This document shows positions 18,227 through 25,965 of a stretch of 64,000 nucleotides of DNA, piece after piece (position 1 is the first letter of the stretch; each line of letters opens with the position of its first letter). The translations under genes and the position numbers were made by a program. The DNA is from a virus (taxonomy: Duplodnaviria > Caudoviricetes), in the IMG/VR virus record IMGVR_UViG_3300042276_000119, positions 11,284 through 75,283 of that record; one strand, given 5' to 3'. The notes beneath the pieces were generated by a model, which saw nothing but the letters and a program-made list of their open reading frames with translations, had not been told where the DNA came from and ran no database searches.

Positions 18227-18572
18227 TGTGATACAGCTTAGGCGAGATTTTCTGCCTGCTTGGGAATCCGCCAACCCTGTGCTGGCTCAAGGCGAACTTG
18301 GGGTCGTACTTGATGATAGCAGCGTGAAAATAGGCGACGGGATTACTCCTTGGGTTGACTTGCCAACTTATTTTTCCCCTGCGTGGATGGTAACCCTGCT
18401 GCAAGGGGTGTCCGAACTGGACGGAAGGGCCACTGCCGTTGAGCAAGGGGTGTCCGAACTGGACGGAAGGGCCACTGCCGTTGAGCAAGGGGTGTCCGAA
18501 CTGGACGGAAGGGCCACTGCCGTTGAGCAAGGGGTGTCCGACATTGAAATTCTGGCATTGGCAGGACTATAG
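18219..18572 (+). CDS. Mtd_N / hyaluronidase-N-like anchor domain with coiled coil
   Basis: IQLRRD...W...NPVLAQGELG......KIGDG..PW..LP matches the Mtd N-terminal anchor pattern. GGAGG RBS before ATG 18219. Confidence 0.75.
   Translation: MADVIQLRRDFLPAWESANPVLAQGELGVVLDDSSVKIGDGITPWVDLPTYFSPAWMVTLLQGVSELDGRATAVEQGVSELDGRATAVEQGVSELDGRATAVEQGVSDIEILALAGL
18401..18541 (+). repeat. perfect 42-bp tandem repeat, about 3.3 copies (EQGVSELDGRATAV)
   Basis: Units at 18401, 18443 and 18485, partial unit at 18527. Confidence 0.95.
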
Positions 18573-18581
18573 GAGGGCCAA

Positions 18582-18848
18582 ATGGCTTTAGATTTCACGG
18601 CGTTTAACGCAACACTTCAAGGTCTTTTGGACTCAGAAACTGACCCAAAACAACTTTTACTGATAACCAAATCCCTGGAGAGCGCTGGCAACCACAGCGC
18701 TTTTGAAATTCGTATAGTGGCTATTGAAGACCAGCTAGGTGCTGCCCAACTTCAGTTGACTACGGTTGAAGGCCGTACATCTGACCTCGAAAAGGTCACG
18801 AGCAAGCCTTTCTTAACACAATATATTTTTGGAGCTATCCATGGCTGA
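18582..18848 (+). CDS. small coiled-coil fibre-associated protein
   Basis: AGGAGG RBS, heptad pattern, sits in the fibre module. Confidence 0.6.
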   Translation: MALDFTAFNATLQGLLDSETDPKQLLLITKSLESAGNHSAFEIRIVAIEDQLGAAQLQLTTVEGRTSDLEKVTSKPFLTQYIFGAIHG

Positions 18849-20088
18849 GACTTTGAAGATCGTATATGACGGAGAAATAACCGCCGAAGACGTGGAAATG
18901 GCAGATGCGGGAAAAATTACCCTTGCCACAGCCGCCCCTGGGTCGCAGCTAATTGTCACTAACGCGCTCCTCTCAGGCGAACTGGCAAAACTGAAACCGT
19001 CGCTATCAGTCAATGGGTCATCATTCGGAAACGAAATTGAGTTACACGCTCTGAAAAACATGTTGGTTGACCAGGGTGAAACGGTAGAGTTGGATTTTTC
19101 CAGTATTGATTTAGGCGCTACCTCCTTGTGTCTGTCTACTTACGATTCGAGAACCGGTTACAACGGGTCACACTGCATCCTCGTCCCAAACTCTAGCGAG
19201 GTCGCCTCTGTACTAAACGAAGCCATCCAATTTGAATTTTCAAGTTCTCAAAGCATTAATAACTTCAGCCGTGGATTTGTTTATAACAATTACGCCTGGT
19301 ATTTCTACTACGATGGCAATAGCTCCAGCGGGTTATATCGCAGCACCTCCACCGTTGATATGTATCAGGATGGCGTAATCAACGAATGGACCTCTGCCCA
19401 CACAGGTAACTACGGCAACGGCGGTTACGACGGGAACCAATATTTCTACATGACGGACGCAAGCGAACGCTGGGTGCGTTATGACTTGCAAAACCTCCAA
19501 GTAGAATATGCGTCAGGAGTCCACTACGCTGTGTCTTCGTATGCTCAAAGTTCCGGGGATGCTGGCCTACATCTGGTGGTGCCGTCGTCAAGCTACGGTT
19601 CTAATGTAAGCGTCTATAACTGGGATACTCAGCAGATTAGAAACTGGTCTTTGCCGTCCAGCCACAGCGCATCTAGCTTCGACTTCACTGATACGTGGGT
19701 AGACGCTCAGAACGACTGGGTATACTGGGTATACATCTACTACTCCACTGCATATTTCTATCGCATACCATACTCCACGATCATGGTTTCAGACGGAGGC
19801 GAGGAGTTCATCGGCTCGGTTAACCTGGCAGGATATATAACTGCTAACCAGTCTCGCAGAGTGCCTACTGTTAAGGGCGGTTACCTTTGGTTTGTTGGGC
19901 TAGGTGACAACCGGGTATACAGATTGCCATTGTCCAACATTAACGCAGAGCCAGAGCTTGTGTTCTCAACAGATAGCCCTTACATCCAGTTTGTGAACAT
20001 CTCCAGAGTCTCAGAAGACACTCTCAGCTGGTCCGACTTTGCTGGTATGAAAGCCAAAGCAAGGCTTACAGCAGTGGAATTGCAATGA
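18841..20088 (+). CDS. putative second receptor-binding protein (beta-propeller-like)
   Basis: Tyr/Ser/Asn/Trp-rich repeated beta strands, lower GC. GGAG RBS before ATG 18841. Confidence 0.55.
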   Translation: MAETLKIVYDGEITAEDVEMADAGKITLATAAPGSQLIVTNALLSGELAKLKPSLSVNGSSFGNEIELHALKNMLVDQGETVELDFSSIDLGATSLCLSTYDSRTGYNGSHCILVPNSSEVASVLNEAIQFEFSSSQSINNFSRGFVYNNYAWYFYYDGNSSSGLYRSTSTVDMYQDGVINEWTSAHTGNYGNGGYDGNQYFYMTDASERWVRYDLQNLQVEYASGVHYAVSSYAQSSGDAGLHLVVPSSSYGSNVSVYNWDTQQIRNWSLPSSHSASSFDFTDTWVDAQNDWVYWVYIYYSTAYFYRIPYSTIMVSDGGEEFIGSVNLAGYITANQSRRVPTVKGGYLWFVGLGDNRVYRLPLSNINAEPELVFSTDSPYIQFVNISRVSEDTLSWSDFAGMKAKARLTAVELQ

Positions 20089-20101
20089 TGGAGGGTGTGG
20101 T

Positions 20102-20311
20102 ATGGTATCTGTAAAACTAACAGGGATTATTGGTGAAGTGGCCTATGTCGTGGACCCTTCCAAGATTTTGAAACTGGACGTTGAACCTGGAACAAGGATC
20201 AGGTTCAACGGCACGAAACATGTCGTTGCCCATTCCCCTACCGAGGTAGGTGGGGGAACCGTCATCTCTAGTGACCTTGACGCAGTGAAACTAACCGGGG
20301 AATTAAGATGA
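20102..20311 (+). CDS. hypothetical protein
   Basis: GGAGG RBS, coupled to the next gene. Confidence 0.55.
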   Translation: MVSVKLTGIIGEVAYVVDPSKILKLDVEPGTRIRFNGTKHVVAHSPTEVGGGTVISSDLDAVKLTGELR

Positions 20312-20850
20312 TTGAAGTAGCTATAGCTGACAGAGAAGTGCATGTCACTTGTGACGACGGCAGGTTTCTCGTCTTACGAAATAACCCCATTACTGGTAAG
20401 GGCTTTGCCACTGACTCTGACGCTGATAATTTCTACAGAGAAGTTGTTGAACCGAGTATCGAGCAGTGGTTGCAGCGGCCTCCCTCTACATCGGACTTAA
20501 TCGAAGCAAAAACTGCTGAAGTCCGGCATATAGCTGAGCAATATTTCACCGCAGAGGTAACCACCTCAGATGGAAAAGTCTGGCGTGGCGGCAAAGCCTC
20601 AGCGGAGTCCATAAAAGGTGCAGTTGAACTGGCGCAATTCGCAGGTATGACAGAGATTACTTTGAGGGATGCAAACCGAGAACCGCATGTTATGGCCTTG
20701 GAAACCGCTATGGGTGTAGCCGTAGCTATAGCAATGGACTACCAGATGAAGTTTCAGGCAGAAGAGGACGCCTTACTTGCTCTGAGCAGAATAGACCTCT
20801 CATCTGAGGATGCTATCCAGCAAATCGAAGCTGTAGAGCTGGTCGTATGA
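20308..20850 (+). CDS. DUF4376-like fibre assembly protein
   Basis: C-terminal half (KTAEVR...WRGG...TLRDANRE...L..I) resembles DUF4376 fibre chaperones. Confidence 0.55.
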   Translation: MIEVAIADREVHVTCDDGRFLVLRNNPITGKGFATDSDADNFYREVVEPSIEQWLQRPPSTSDLIEAKTAEVRHIAEQYFTAEVTTSDGKVWRGGKASAESIKGAVELAQFAGMTEITLRDANREPHVMALETAMGVAVAIAMDYQMKFQAEEDALLALSRIDLSSEDAIQQIEAVELVV

Positions 20851-21350
20851 AGCTGATTATCGTCGCTGCGGCAGGGGCCTTGGTAACAGCCTGCTCCCTA
20901 CAGCCCGCCAACACCCTGTCGGTTATCAGCTCAGCCGCCGACCTTTCGTACCACTACGAGTCAGGTCAAGCTGTGGAGTTTATCGACAACGCCACCCTGA
21001 CCGATCTGGAAGTCACTGTGGTGCTTGAGGCGCTGGATCAGATAGACCGGTCTAAAGCCCGGCTCAAAGCGTTCACGGATGAGCCTGAGCGGTTTGTAAC
21101 CGACATCACCCTGGTGAGCTTTGAATACGCCAAAATAAAGTCGTCCTACCTCAGCATCCGACAGGTTGTGCTGGATAATCGAGAAGAGTACACGCCAGAG
21201 GAATGGCGTGTGTTCGAGGAGTTCGACGCCGCCGCTGGCAATCTTGACCAGCGGTTTGCCAGCCTCGTAGCAGCGCTGGAGGCCAACACTGCATTGCAAA
21301 CTGCGTTCAGGCTGGCTGACACCGCTGTAAAGATCGCAACTCTACTGTGA
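20847..21350 (+). CDS. lipoprotein
   Basis: MKLIIVAAAGALVTAC lipobox followed by a helical body. Confidence 0.7.
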   Translation: MKLIIVAAAGALVTACSLQPANTLSVISSAADLSYHYESGQAVEFIDNATLTDLEVTVVLEALDQIDRSKARLKAFTDEPERFVTDITLVSFEYAKIKSSYLSIRQVVLDNREEYTPEEWRVFEEFDAAAGNLDQRFASLVAALEANTALQTAFRLADTAVKIATLL

Positions 21351-21357
21351 GGTGACC

Positions 21358-21927
21358 ATGGCCGAGATACAGATTGACCTGTTCCAGTATCGGTCCATAC
21401 CGCAGAACTTCGGTAGAGTAGTCGCTGTAGATCAGGACAAGGACGCCATCCTACTGCGTGGAGGTCTTGACGCCTATGAGCTGAGCCCCAAGCCAAACGA
21501 GTGGCTGGTCACCAGGGACTGGGCATTCTGGTCAACCAGACTGCAACAGGTGATCTACATCCCGGCTTGGTTCGTTACTGATTTGGCGTCTATCCCGAGG
21601 CTCGCAAGAATCCTGGTGCCCCGTGGCGAGAACGAGCGCATCCCGGCACTGATCCATGACTACCTATACGCACTGTTCGGGGAGAAGCTGGAAACACCCG
21701 TGAGGGAGGACGCTGACGCTGTATTCCGGGACTTCTGCAAGCTGTGTGGGGTTGGACTGTTCCGCAGAAACGCGATGTACTTCGCGGTGCGGGGTTTTGG
21801 CTGGACCCACTACAGTGAGTCAGATGGAAGGTTCTTTGCTCCTATGGAGCATAGAAAATACTATTTGGAAGCGGCAGAGTGGGGTGTTCCTCCGCTTGAT
21901 TCTGATCCACTTTCTGTCGGGTCGTAA
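21358..21927 (+). CDS. DUF1353 family protein
   Basis: IPAWFVTDLASIP...ALIHDYLY...ADAVF...MYFAVR.FG signature. Confidence 0.85.
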   Translation: MAEIQIDLFQYRSIPQNFGRVVAVDQDKDAILLRGGLDAYELSPKPNEWLVTRDWAFWSTRLQQVIYIPAWFVTDLASIPRLARILVPRGENERIPALIHDYLYALFGEKLETPVREDADAVFRDFCKLCGVGLFRRNAMYFAVRGFGWTHYSESDGRFFAPMEHRKYYLEAAEWGVPPLDSDPLSVGS

Positions 21928-21942
21928 TGTGCAAATGTACAT

Positions 21943-21968
21943 CCCCGGCCAATGGCCGGGGCTTTTCT
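21943..21968 (+). terminator. intrinsic terminator at the convergence of the late and replication arms
   Basis: CCCCGGCCA-A-TGGCCGGGG dyad (hairpin CCCCGGCC-AAT-GGCCGGGG) followed by CTTTTCT. Confidence 0.8.
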
Positions 21969-21980
21969 GGGGATTTTGTT

Positions 21981-22589
21981 TCAGTGTGCAGCTTGGACTT
22001 TCTGACGTTCTGTGTACCTGACCACCACGTCGGTTATACCGCCTAGATCAGTCTTCTCAGCTGCTCGCTCCGAAATACCTGCTTCCAGCTGGCCCAGTCT
22101 CAGCATGACCATCAGAAAGTCTGCCTGATCCTGCAAGTCCTTCAGAGAGCCGTTGTTGTCGATCACAACGTCAGCATCGCCCTTACGGAGCTGCATACTT
22201 TCCATAGGCTCAGGTAGCAGGTGCTCTGACCGGTCCACCCAGACCACTGCATCGAAGACGCCTGCTGCTTTACACGCTTCCAGTTCTTCCCGGTTGCGCA
22301 CTCCGCAGTAGATGTCGTTGTCTTTTGTGACCAGACGAGCCAGGCGAGTCAGATCGCCCTCGTTAAAATCCCTGATCTCGTCGTGCATCCAGGGGCGGAC
22401 TTCGCCACGGCGCTTGTACAGGTCTTCGGGGGACACGAAGCCCAACCCGTGCTCAACGGACAGGTCAAACAAGAACTCTCTGCAGGCGATCAAACTGGAG
22501 GACTCAAAGCGCATCCCGTAGCGATCTCTCAACATTTCGCAGAAGGTGTCTTTGCCATGTCGGGCGTGGCCAATTACGAGTAGTTTCAT
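21981..22589 (-). CDS. deoxynucleoside monophosphate kinase
   Basis: N-terminal P-loop IGHARHGKDT, plus G.RN..E and ADVVIDNNGSL motifs. Confidence 0.8.
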   Translation of the reverse strand: MKLLVIGHARHGKDTFCEMLRDRYGMRFESSSLIACREFLFDLSVEHGLGFVSPEDLYKRRGEVRPWMHDEIRDFNEGDLTRLARLVTKDNDIYCGVRNREELEACKAAGVFDAVVWVDRSEHLLPEPMESMQLRKGDADVVIDNNGSLKDLQDQADFLMVMLRLGQLEAGISERAAEKTDLGGITDVVVRYTERQKVQAAH

Positions 22590-22912
22590 TACGAAGCCCT
22601 CTCTACACGGTATAGCTTGTCTGAGTCGGACAGGGCTTCTCCGCTTTCAGGGACCTCTGTGTAAGTCTCAAGCTGCTCTTTCAGTCGCTGGTTCTGATTC
22701 GTCAGCCTCGTAACCTCCTCCAGACACATGGCTTCTTGTTTGGACTCAGAGGCGATCAGCCACAACAGGGTTGAGTAGGCAACAACATCTGCCAATGTCC
22801 ACCAGTCGAATCCGACGATTGCCAGGTGCAGAACGCCTGCAGAAGCGTATGCCCACGCCAGAGCAAAGAACAGGTTCGCCCAGGTTGCGTGCTTCTTGAT
22901 CCAAGTTTTCAT
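22589..22912 (-). CDS. membrane protein
   Basis: Two hydrophobic segments followed by a coiled coil. Coupled to its neighbours. Confidence 0.65.
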   Translation of the reverse strand: MKTWIKKHATWANLFFALAWAYASAGVLHLAIVGFDWWTLADVVAYSTLLWLIASESKQEAMCLEEVTRLTNQNQRLKEQLETYTEVPESGEALSDSDKLYRVERAS

Positions 22913-23118
22913 GCTTCCGCTCCCTTGGAATTGATCTGCGCCATCACCTCAGATTGGCTGCACAGAGCCGTCAACGACTCTCCGTTGTGCAGTGTGATCT
23001 GGCACCGGTTGTTGGCGTAGGTGTCATCTGAAATCATAGCGATGGCGTCTACAGCGAGGGTTACGGTGCCGACCATGCCGGCACCAAGGTTTCTGTTCAC
23101 TGAAATGAACTTGCTCAT
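22909..23118 (-). CDS. small FlbD/SwrD-like fold protein
   Basis: I.MI......ITLHNGE......SQSEV...I pattern. GAGGT RBS. Confidence 0.5.
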   Translation of the reverse strand: MSKFISVNRNLGAGMVGTVTLAVDAIAMISDDTYANNRCQITLHNGESLTALCSQSEVMAQINSKGAEA

Positions 23119-24494
23119 ACGGCCACCTCTGCCTTGATCGCAGGGTGTGGGTCGTAGAACTCGACACTGAAGTCGCTAACCTCGTAGTTACCAATGGACT
23201 TAGGCTCGAAAACCAGCTTTGGCAGTTCACGAGGCTTTCGGCTCAGCAGTTCCATAGCTTGCTCGAAATGATTGTGGTACAGGTGTAGGTCGCCAAACGT
23301 GTACGAAAGGTCTCCTACTTCAAGGCCGCACTCTGCGGCGATAATGTGGGTAAGCAGGGCGTAGGATGCGATGTTCACTGGCACCCCGAGAAATATATCA
23401 GCTGACCTCTGGTAGACTTGGCAGCTGAGCTGCCCGTCACACACGTAAAACTGGATAACTGACCCATGACAGCAAGGCAACTGTGCGTGTTCCATTGCTG
23501 GCGTAGCCCAAAGATTTACTACGTGCCGGCGCGACTCTGGGTATTCTTTGATGTTGGCTATTAACAGTTTGAGCTGGTCTAACTGCCGAAATCTCTGCAC
23601 CTTGCCAGGTTCTTCGGACGTGTATTTGAACTCTGACCAGCCGTGGTGTGTGTGCAACTTCCCGTTTAGGCATCTATGAACTGCTGACAAATTCAATCCG
23701 AACAGTCTTTTTGCCTCCCCTATTGAAGGGAACAGTATGTTCTCGCCCTCTGGACTAACAGCGGTGAATGCCCTCTGGTTTGACACGTTGAAACCTTGCT
23801 CGTCATGCGAGGCCCAGCAGCAGGTCTCTTTTGAGTACCTGTTACTCGCGTGAAGTATGTCCTTGTCTATGCTGTAGTCTTTTGGGAAATGTTTCTTCAG
23901 CGTGTAGCCTATGAGAGTCTTGGCATCCTCAAAGAACTTACCAAAGTTCAGCCATTCCGGCGCAACATGAACCCCTACAGCTCCGTACGCTGCGTAACTT
24001 CTGCAGGTTGGGTCGTAACATCTGCGAAGCATGTTTCTCCACACCTCTTTGAGCATCGCTTCTTCCGGCTCTACCCCATGGTGTGGCTTGCGTTTAAATT
24101 CGCCCAGGTCACCCACTCCGTAAACGAGCCCTTCTTTTGGCTCCGGCACGTAGGGCTCGAAAGTTTTCACTTCTGTAAGGAACCACCAACGGGCGTACCG
24201 GTACTGCTCCCCGTAGATTGGTCCAAGACTGCCATCTGCCTTTTGCCAGGGCGTCCACCAATGCCTGACACTTTTTGGCAAGTCCTGTGTGTTCGTCGAG
24301 CCAGACAAGAACCACAGCAATTCTGCTACAGTGCCGCCTACAAACATTTTCTTCGTCGTCAGCAGCGGGAACCCTTGGCTCAGATCGAACCGCACCTGCC
24401 GACCGAATACAGATCGGGTGCCGGTGCCGGTGCGGTCACCACGGTCTTTGCCGTTGGTCATCACGTCTTCAAGCAGCGTGTGATATTGCTTCAT
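23115..24494 (-). CDS. thyA: thymidylate synthase with an in-frame HNH endonuclease insertion
   Basis: DRTGTGT, GFPLLTTKK, ELLWFL, LGPIYG.Q, SRR, LPCCH (catalytic Cys), YQRSADIFLGVPVN, GDLHLY and PAIKAEVAV are all present. About 200 aa longer than canonical ThyA. Confidence 0.95.
   Translation of the reverse strand: MKQYHTLLEDVMTNGKDRGDRTGTGTRSVFGRQVRFDLSQGFPLLTTKKMFVGGTVAELLWFLSGSTNTQDLPKSVRHWWTPWQKADGSLGPIYGEQYRYARWWFLTEVKTFEPYVPEPKEGLVYGVGDLGEFKRKPHHGVEPEEAMLKEVWRNMLRRCYDPTCRSYAAYGAVGVHVAPEWLNFGKFFEDAKTLIGYTLKKHFPKDYSIDKDILHASNRYSKETCCWASHDEQGFNVSNQRAFTAVSPEGENILFPSIGEAKRLFGLNLSAVHRCLNGKLHTHHGWSEFKYTSEEPGKVQRFRQLDQLKLLIANIKEYPESRRHVVNLWATPAMEHAQLPCCHGSVIQFYVCDGQLSCQVYQRSADIFLGVPVNIASYALLTHIIAAECGLEVGDLSYTFGDLHLYHNHFEQAMELLSRKPRELPKLVFEPKSIGNYEVSDFSVEFYDPHPAIKAEVAV
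23583..24194 (-). mobile_element. HNH-type homing endonuclease domain with C-terminal NUMOD1-like HTH, inserted in frame in ThyA (approx. aa 101-304)
   Basis: VYGVGD, W.NML.RCY, YG..GV.V..EW.NF..F, IDKDIL...NRYS.ETCCW and F.SI.EA.R..G...S.V..CL.GK....HGW motifs. Confidence 0.8.
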
Positions 24495-24676
24495 AGTTTG
24501 CAGGCGCCTCCAGCGCAGTCGTCGAGGTCCATGGACTCCAGCTCTTCCTTCTCGGCCAGGGTCTTTTTCAGGGCACCTGCAACGTCGTCATCTTCCTGGT
24601 AAGTGCCTTCGCTGTCTTCGTAGCTCTTGAACCATCCGAGGATGGTTCTGAGTTCTGCAATGGTCAGGTCGTTCAT
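24491..24676 (-). CDS. 61-aa acidic protein ending in an NrdA-like C-terminal CxxxxC tail
   Basis: Ends DLDDCAGGACKL. ACCAAAGGACC leader upstream, stop overlaps the thyA start. Confidence 0.7.
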   Translation of the reverse strand: MNDLTIAELRTILGWFKSYEDSEGTYQEDDDVAGALKKTLAEKEELESMDLDDCAGGACKL

Positions 24677-24703
24677 GTAGTGGTCCTTTGGTTAGAGAGT
24701 TGG

Positions 24704-24943
24704 TTACTTCAGTTTTCGGTTCGCAGTGATTCGCTCGTAGTCATCACGGCAGTCTGAGTCACAGAAGAGCTTCACCTGCCGGTCCTGCATCTCGAAGGGT
24801 TCGTCACAGTTGTAGCAAATGCCTTTCGGGCTGAGCTTTGGCCCCGTGTTCAGCTGCGCTCTGGCGTTTGCGATGCCCATGTCGACAGTGCGTTGAATTT
24901 CAATGTCAGCCCTGTCGGCTGGGTCTCCGAAGTGAATACTCAT
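24704..24943 (-). CDS. DksA/TraR-like zinc finger protein
   Basis: DPADRAD N-terminal motif and CYNC...FCDSDC. Confidence 0.65.
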   Translation of the reverse strand: MSIHFGDPADRADIEIQRTVDMGIANARAQLNTGPKLSPKGICYNCDEPFEMQDRQVKLFCDSDCRDDYERITANRKLK

Positions 24944-25290
24944 GGATACGTCCACTCAAATTTTCCAGTTATCTTGTTGCCAAATTCGTCAATGTAGGTT
25001 GGCGTTGCATCTTTGCTGCGTTCCCAGTGTTCTCGGTGCACCAGAAGCAGAACAGGGTGATCCATCTCCCAGATGTGCCCACTCTCGAAGTAGGGGAATC
25101 TGGTTCCGGCGGGTACTTTGATCAGCAGAGGGCAGTCAACAGGTGGGAGTTCCTTGTTCAAATGCAGGTCGGTGCCAGGCAGCAGGAATCCCGCCACCGG
25201 CAACTCTGGGTGTTTCATCGCCTTGAAATACATCAGTGGAGCCTGGCCAGGCTCCCCGAGTTCCAGTGCGCAGTTAGGACACCGCTGCAT
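24940..25290 (-). CDS. hypothetical protein
   Basis: Likely start MQRCPNC overlaps the dUTPase end. Stop is coupled to the next ATG. Confidence 0.55.
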   Translation of the reverse strand: MQRCPNCALELGEPGQAPLMYFKAMKHPELPVAGFLLPGTDLHLNKELPPVDCPLLIKVPAGTRFPYFESGHIWEMDHPVLLLVHREHWERSKDATPTYIDEFGNKITGKFEWTYP

Positions 25291-25906
25291 AGCGAGACTC
25301 CAGCGCTTGGTACAGCCCATCCACATCTGAAAACTCTGCAGCGAGTTCCACCAGGTGCTCATTGTCTTCACGACCGTCAGCCCAGACCTTGGTGTACTCG
25401 CCGCGAGTCTGGCCGTGATTGATACGGAACCGGTTGAGGGTGTACTTGATGAAGTAGGCTTCGGCAATTTCACTGAAGCTGAAGCCGCAAGCTACGCACA
25501 GTTTGGTGAACCAGAACACGTCGAATTTGCCTTTCGTGGCTGCCTTCGCAAGGTCCCTGGCGTACTTGGCAACAGAACCCGCTGCAAGGTCTCCAGAGGG
25601 CCGTTCAGCCCCTGCAACCATGTTGGCGACTGCTTCTGCCGCTGCGTCCTGCATCAGCAAGACAGACAGGCCGAAGTGCATGATGTCCACCAGTTCCAGT
25701 TTAACCTGCTCCGTATCGCACACCTGCTTGCGGTAGTGGAAGATGCTGCCATCGTGGTTGAGCAGTTCGCCGGTTTCGATCCAGATGTAGTCTGCGAAAG
25801 GGTGGCCTTTGGTGCGCCACTCGGGGCAGTCGTATTGTGCATTCAGAAAATCCTGCGCTTCAAGAAGCTGTTCAATGGTCTTTGTGCAAAGGTGCATTTT
25901 GTACAT
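25274..25906 (-). CDS. dimeric (all-alpha) dUTPase
   Basis: Q..LN, ETGEL, KLELVDIMHF, Y..K..LNRFR..HG...G.Y.K.W..GREDNE signature. Confidence 0.9.
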   Translation of the reverse strand: MYKMHLCTKTIEQLLEAQDFLNAQYDCPEWRTKGHPFADYIWIETGELLNHDGSIFHYRKQVCDTEQVKLELVDIMHFGLSVLLMQDAAAEAVANMVAGAERPSGDLAAGSVAKYARDLAKAATKGKFDVFWFTKLCVACGFSFSEIAEAYFIKYTLNRFRINHGQTRGEYTKVWADGREDNEHLVELAAEFSDVDGLYQALESRYAAVS

Positions 25907-25917
25907 CCTTGGTTGTT

Positions 25918-25940
25918 AAAAACCCCGGCAATGCCGGGGT
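25918..25940 (-). terminator. intrinsic terminator after the SbcC-like gene
   Basis: On the minus strand, ACCCCGGC-ATT-GCCGGGGT followed by TTTT. Confidence 0.7.
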
Positions 25941-25965
25941 CATGGATCAGATTTTGTGGCCGAAC

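Noticed and set aside
18219-20088. Diversity-generating retroelement suggested by the Mtd_N-like domain
   Set aside because: No reverse transcriptase and no TR/VR pair differing at adenines was seen in the window.
23583-24194. Intein or group I intron in thyA
   Set aside because: No intein splice-junction residues and little sequence outside the nuclease domain for Hint or ribozyme cores. Not formally excluded without a covariance or HMM search.
23115-25906. Hypermodified-base pathway (dU or hmdU DNA) suggested by ThyA, kinase and dUTPase
   Set aside because: ThyA keeps the dUMP-specifying Asn (PVNIASY) and canonical motifs, a dUTPase is present, and no modifying transferases are seen in the window.
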